From: Anaeromyxobacteraceae bacterium
Lineage (GTDB): Bacteria > Myxococcota > Myxococcia > Myxococcales > Anaeromyxobacteraceae
DNA: 64,000 nt
Assembly (NCBI GenBank): GCA_032654565.1
Contig: JAULAX010000017.1
Span: 708,998-772,997, forward strand
Reading direction: 5' to 3'
Made by a program: the position numbers and the translations under genes
In this document: positions 60,132 to 64,000 of the stretch, piece by piece
Layout: every line of letters begins with the position of its first letter
How positions within the stretch are numbered: the stretch's first letter is position 1
Notes under the pieces: generated by a model
Seen by the model: the letters and a program-made list of their open reading frames with translations, nothing else
Databases searched by the model: none
Told to the model about the DNA's origin: nothing

Positions 60132-60470
60132 ATGTCCCCACGCGCCCGACCCGACGACCCCGTCTTCGCCACTACCGAGAAGATCATGCAGACCATCCGC
60201 ATGCCGCGTGAGCTGGTCACATTCCTCAAGGAGGAGGCGACCCGCGGGGGACGTGACTTCACTGCGCACGTGGTCCGCTACCTCGACGGCCTCCGGACCT
60301 GGTTCGGCCTCCCAGCGGCCGCCATCGCCGTCCTCGAGGCCGACCGCGAGGCGCTCAGGATGGGGCGCTACGAGTACCTCCTCCACCTGCTCTTCCAGCG
60401 GAGTCTGGAACTGCGCGAGAAGGGCCCTGGCTTCGACGGCCCTGACGCCGGCAAGCGGAAAAGGCGCTGA
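60132..60470 (+). CDS. Small hypothetical, possible ribbon-helix-helix DNA-binding protein
   Basis: TIRMPRELV.FL...A beta-alpha-alpha pattern; strong RBS. Confidence 0.6.
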   Translation: MSPRARPDDPVFATTEKIMQTIRMPRELVTFLKEEATRGGRDFTAHVVRYLDGLRTWFGLPAAAIAVLEADREALRMGRYEYLLHLLFQRSLELREKGPGFDGPDAGKRKRR

Positions 60471-60489
60471 CCAAAGACGGAGGCGCATC

Positions 60490-61659
60490 GTGCCGCGGCA
60501 GAAGGGCATGGTCCTCACCGAGCGCGACCGCGCGCTCCTCGGCTACCTCGGCGTGGCCCGCTACGTCACCGGCGCCCAGGCCCACCGGCTCCTCGCCCCG
60601 GGCCACGACAAGGCCATCACCTCCCGTCGCCTGGCCCGCCTCTGCGAGCTCGGGCCCAACCCGGGTGACGACGCCTACCTGCGCCGCCTGGAGTACCGCC
60701 GCTCCAACAGCCTCCCCTTCCCGGTCTGGACGCTCACGCCCCACGGCCGCGCCCTGGCCGAGCCGCTCGCCCCGGGGCCGGTGGCTGCCGTCCAGCCAGG
60801 GGTCGGCATCCTCTTCATCGAGCGGATCCTGGCGCTCAACGAGCTGCTCATCGCCCTCATCCTGGCCGCCCGCCAGTCCGAGTCGGCCCCGCTCGCCGAC
60901 CTCCCCTTCCGCTGGTGCGTCGCCGACCAGCCGCTCCGGTTCGAGACCTTCGACCGCGTCTACATGACCAGGCGGCCCGCGGTCCTGCGCCCGGGCGCCG
61001 TCATCGACCTCCCGCGCACCCGAAACCGCATCTTCCTGGAGCCGGAGCTGGGCACCACCAGCCTGGCGCCTGCCGACCCGCGCCAGGGCCACGTGAAGCG
61101 TCGCCTCGAGCGCTACGTCGAGTTCTTCGGTTCCTTCACGGGCCGGGACAGGCAGCAGACCTGGTACGGCGCCGCCTTCCCTGACGGCTACTACCCCGAG
61201 GTCATCACGCTGGCCCGCACCGAGGCCCGGCGCGCCAAGGTCGAGCGGCACATCAAGGACTGGTTCCAGGGCGGCGACTCCCGTTACGCACTGCGCGCCT
61301 TCACCTTCGCTGGCGCCAAGGCAACGCTCACACCGCTGGTGGCCCCCGCCGCAACCCCTGCACCTCACCCGGCTGCTCCTGCGCCTGCGCCCGCCCCTGC
61401 ATCCTCCCCTCCGATTCCCCTGACTGCGCGTGTCGTCGTCATTGACGGCGACCTGGATCGCCGCCTCACCGCCGGGTTCCAGGTCTTCGTCGACGCCTTC
61501 AACAAGATCAGGCAGCAGTCGGTGGCGCACGCGGCAACGTGTCCGGCCCGCTTCAGGCCCGAGCCGATACCGCTGGCCGAGATACGAGCCTTCCGCGACC
61601 TCTTGGCACACGACGTCCTGGGACGGCGGCTCGACCCGTCGAGGGACCGGAAGCCATGA
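60490..61659 (+). CDS. Replication-relaxation (Replic_Relax)-like protein
   Basis: LTERDR.LL..L...R..T..Q wHTH, RRL.RL, LT..G, LALNE, LRP..., IFLE...GT, LERY; GGAGG RBS plus GTG. Confidence 0.7.
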   Translation: MPRQKGMVLTERDRALLGYLGVARYVTGAQAHRLLAPGHDKAITSRRLARLCELGPNPGDDAYLRRLEYRRSNSLPFPVWTLTPHGRALAEPLAPGPVAAVQPGVGILFIERILALNELLIALILAARQSESAPLADLPFRWCVADQPLRFETFDRVYMTRRPAVLRPGAVIDLPRTRNRIFLEPELGTTSLAPADPRQGHVKRRLERYVEFFGSFTGRDRQQTWYGAAFPDGYYPEVITLARTEARRAKVERHIKDWFQGGDSRYALRAFTFAGAKATLTPLVAPAATPAPHPAAPAPAPAPASSPPIPLTARVVVIDGDLDRRLTAGFQVFVDAFNKIRQQSVAHAATCPARFRPEPIPLAEIRAFRDLLAHDVLGRRLDPSRDRKP

Positions 61660-61877
61660 CCGGCCGGCGCGCCGACGCCTGGATGACCGCCGACGAGGCC
61701 GCCGCCTACCTCGGCTACCGGACCCGCGCCGCCCTCTACCAGGCGGTCCGCCGCGGCATCGTTCCGGCTCACCGGCTCGGGGCCAGGCGCCTCCGCTTCC
61801 GCCAGAGCGAGCTCGACGCCGAGTTGAACCACCACCCCTCGCGGCTTTCAAGCCGCGCCGTCGCACTCCCGGGGTGA
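61656..61877 (+). CDS. Excisionase-like HTH (HTH_17)
   Basis: WMT.DEAA.YLG....LY..V.RG..PA.RLG..LRF...ELD. Confidence 0.85.
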   Translation: MTGRRADAWMTADEAAAYLGYRTRAALYQAVRRGIVPAHRLGARRLRFRQSELDAELNHHPSRLSSRAVALPG

Positions 61878-61902
61878 CAACACCGTCATGGCATCGAGTC
61901 AG

Positions 61903-62670
61903 CTAGTTGGCGTTGGCGTACGACTCGAGGACCCGCCGGAGCCTCCCGTCCTCGACAGCGTGGACCTCGGTACCAACGCCTCCGCAGTGATGGCATCTGG
62001 CGACCGGGATGCTGAGGTAGCTGCGCCCGTCGAGCATGAAGCCGGTGGGCACCTCCATCGTGAACGGGCCCACCATGGTCCCGGCAATCCCGCGCGCGAT
62101 GGCCACCCATGGACCTTCGATGTCCTGGCCCCTGGCCCTAATCCTCGCCAGCGTGGGAACTCCGTCCAGACCGGGCCAGGTGAGCGCCTCGACCATGACC
62201 TCCTCGTAGGCCACGTCGGTGAGCGACTTCCGCCAGCGCTCCGTCGCGATCTCGACCACCTTCCCCTTGATGATGGCATGGAGCAGCGAGGCCTTCGCCG
62301 ACTCATCCGTCACGACCTTGGGTTCCACCCACTTGTAAGCGCCACGGGATCCAAGCACCGCGAGCGGAAATCCCTGGCCGCAGCGCTCGACGCCTTCCAG
62401 GAAGGTGCACTCCCCCTGCATGGCGTGCGAGCCGACCTTGCCGCCCACGACCGAGCAGGTCCTGGAATCGCTGCCCGAAAGAAGGAGGATTGCCTTTCCT
62501 TCATGTCGGCCTTTGAGACAGCTGGCGAAATCCATGGGCGAGGTCGCGCCGGGCGGTATTCCCGAGCTCACCAAGTCGAACTCATGGATCGGCGCCGGGG
62601 CTGTCTGGGCCTTCGTTCGGCAAGCCGAGACTGCCGCCAGAAGCAACGAGGCGATGACGACTCTCTTCAC
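61903..62670 (-). CDS. Hypothetical lipoprotein
   Basis: Lipobox VSAC after a hydrophobic signal; RBS GGAGGG. Confidence 0.65.
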   Translation of the reverse strand: MKRVVIASLLLAAVSACRTKAQTAPAPIHEFDLVSSGIPPGATSPMDFASCLKGRHEGKAILLLSGSDSRTCSVVGGKVGSHAMQGECTFLEGVERCGQGFPLAVLGSRGAYKWVEPKVVTDESAKASLLHAIIKGKVVEIATERWRKSLTDVAYEEVMVEALTWPGLDGVPTLARIRARGQDIEGPWVAIARGIAGTMVGPFTMEVPTGFMLDGRSYLSIPVARCHHCGGVGTEVHAVEDGRLRRVLESYANAN

Positions 62671-62851
62671 TGTGACTTCCCTCCGATCTGGCAGGCCGAT
62701 GGCGATAGTACGCTCCGTACAGGCCGGCCCGCCACTGAGAACATCGGCTCCGCCACACGAACGGCGGCGGTCGGCCCTCGTAACGCCTGTCCGATCCCGC
62801 CGCTATGTTCCACGGATGGCGCCCGTCTGCCCGCGTGAAAGGAGGAACACG

Positions 62852-63949
62852 ATGGGCGTCTCGAAGTATCTGGCACGAAGCAAGGTGAGGTGGCGCGTCG
62901 ACACCTACGTCGCGCTGCCAGATGGAACGACGAAGCGTATCCGGTGCGGGCGCATCCCGACCCGCGAGCAGGCGGAGGCGTACGAGCACAAGATGCTGGC
63001 CGAAGCGTACGAGGGCCGGTTCTTCAACCGGGTGAAGGAGCCGACCGCCTCCGTGCGGCAGCTCTGGACCGAGTACGAGCCGATCACCCGGCGGGACAAC
63101 GACTCCTGGCAGTCCGACGTCGGCCGGGCGGCGCACCTCATGCGCCTCCTCGGCGACCACCGTGCCTCGCGCCTCACGCGCGGCGACGTCGAGGAGTACC
63201 GGACCAAGCGGCAGGCCGAGACCACCCGGCGTGGCGGGGATCCGGCCCCGGGCACCCTGGACCGCGAGGTGGAGCTGCTGAAGCGCCTCCTCAACTACGC
63301 CGCCGCCTGCGGCCGGCTCACCGAGAACCCCATCGCCCGAGTGAAGCTCCTCCGGGTGCCGAACGTGCGGCGGGTGCTCCTCGACGAGGAGGCGTTCCAG
63401 CGCCTCCACGCCAAGGCCGAGGCCTGGGTCAGGCCCATCCTGCTCACCGCCTTCGACACCGGCATGCGAAAGAGCGAGGTCCTCAACCTCCGCTGGTCGC
63501 AGCTCGACCTCAAGGCCGGCGCCGTCCGGCTGGAGGCCGAGGACACCAAGACCGACGAGCCCCGCGTGGTCTACCTGACCGAGCGGGTCTTGCAGGCCCT
63601 CTCCGAGCAGCCCAGGCTGCTCCATGCCGAGTTCGTCTTCGTGAACCCGGCCACGGGCCACCCCTGGCAGGACCTGCAGGGGGCCCTGGAGCGGGCCCGG
63701 ACGGCGGCAGGCCTTCCGGGGGTGTGGGTCCATGACCTGCGCCGCTCGTTCGTGACCCTGGCGCGCCGCAGCGGCCTCCCCGAGTCGGTGGTGGCCCGCT
63801 TCTCCGGCCACCGGACCGCGGCGGTCTTCAAGCGCTACAACATCGTCGAGGAGCAGGACCTCAAGGCGGCCGTCCAGGTGCTCAACCGGACCCGGAAGGC
63901 CGCTGAAACGCCAACTGGACAGGAAATGGACACAGTTGACCAGAAGTGA
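62852..63949 (+). CDS. int: Tyrosine recombinase/integrase
   Basis: TGMRKSE, TKT, HDLRR, GH.T...F.RY; RBS AGGAGG. Confidence 0.92.
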   Translation: MGVSKYLARSKVRWRVDTYVALPDGTTKRIRCGRIPTREQAEAYEHKMLAEAYEGRFFNRVKEPTASVRQLWTEYEPITRRDNDSWQSDVGRAAHLMRLLGDHRASRLTRGDVEEYRTKRQAETTRRGGDPAPGTLDREVELLKRLLNYAAACGRLTENPIARVKLLRVPNVRRVLLDEEAFQRLHAKAEAWVRPILLTAFDTGMRKSEVLNLRWSQLDLKAGAVRLEAEDTKTDEPRVVYLTERVLQALSEQPRLLHAEFVFVNPATGHPWQDLQGALERARTAAGLPGVWVHDLRRSFVTLARRSGLPESVVARFSGHRTAAVFKRYNIVEEQDLKAAVQVLNRTRKAAETPTGQEMDTVDQK

Positions 63950-63960
63950 GAATCGACACA

Positions 63961-63996
63961 CAAAGGCCCCGCCGGTAAGTGCCGGCGAGGCCTTTG
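63961..63996. terminator. Hairpin after the integrase; likely terminator for the expected minus-strand tRNA-Met
   Basis: CAAAGGC..CGCCGG-loop-CCGGCG..GCCTTTG. Confidence 0.6.
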
Positions 63997-64000
63997 CTTT

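Larger units (their letters stand above)
45843..64000. mobile_element. Integrative defence island at tRNA-Met (right boundary just outside the window)
   Basis: att fragment at left; integrase and xis at right; matching putative arm sites TGGACA(A/G)GAAATG at 45976 and 63916; visibly lower GC in the cargo. Confidence 0.8.

Noticed and set aside
59553..64000. Prophage
   Set aside because: Integrase and xis are present but there are no capsid, terminase, tail or lysis genes

Overview
High-GC bacterial chromosome segment. Gene content (sigma54 activator, DUF362/ferredoxin operon, many sensor kinases, cholesterol oxidase-like GMC) suggests Myxococcota, possibly Anaeromyxobacter-like; this is inference, not a database result. 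The left ~43 kb is mostly housekeeping: prpR; a pfk gene divergent from an unannotated 588-aa protein I read as a very divergent GlpX (class II FBPase)-fold enzyme; a purine-salvage locus (gpt, nucleoside ABC transporter, 8-oxoguanine deaminase-like); serA-like, phzF-like and yebC genes; and a type II FAS/PKS-like operon with a KS-CLF fusion, ACP and a GcvT-fold protein. Inside the purine locus is a two-unit cassette structure. It holds a RAYT-type HUH (Y1) nuclease, an array of 13 copies of a 12-bp motif, inverted copies of that motif, and a 115-bp duplication of the BMP gene 3' end and terminator. A TA-flanked MITE sits in the gpt stop codon. The right ~20 kb is an accretion zone at an initiator tRNA-Met 3' end: a 1.55-kb toxin-antitoxin cassette bracketed by a 111-bp duplication, then an ~18-kb integrative defence island (dead HepT, ClpP-like protease with HicAB, IS21 with 5-bp TSD, type I R-M with an inserted GmrSD-like gene, Replic_Relax-like gene, xis, tyrosine integrase). 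The intact tRNA should lie just past the window end. The most intriguing signals are the RAYT/repeat/gene-end-duplication cassettes, the GlpX-like/Pfk pair and the GcvT-containing acyl-ACP cluster.
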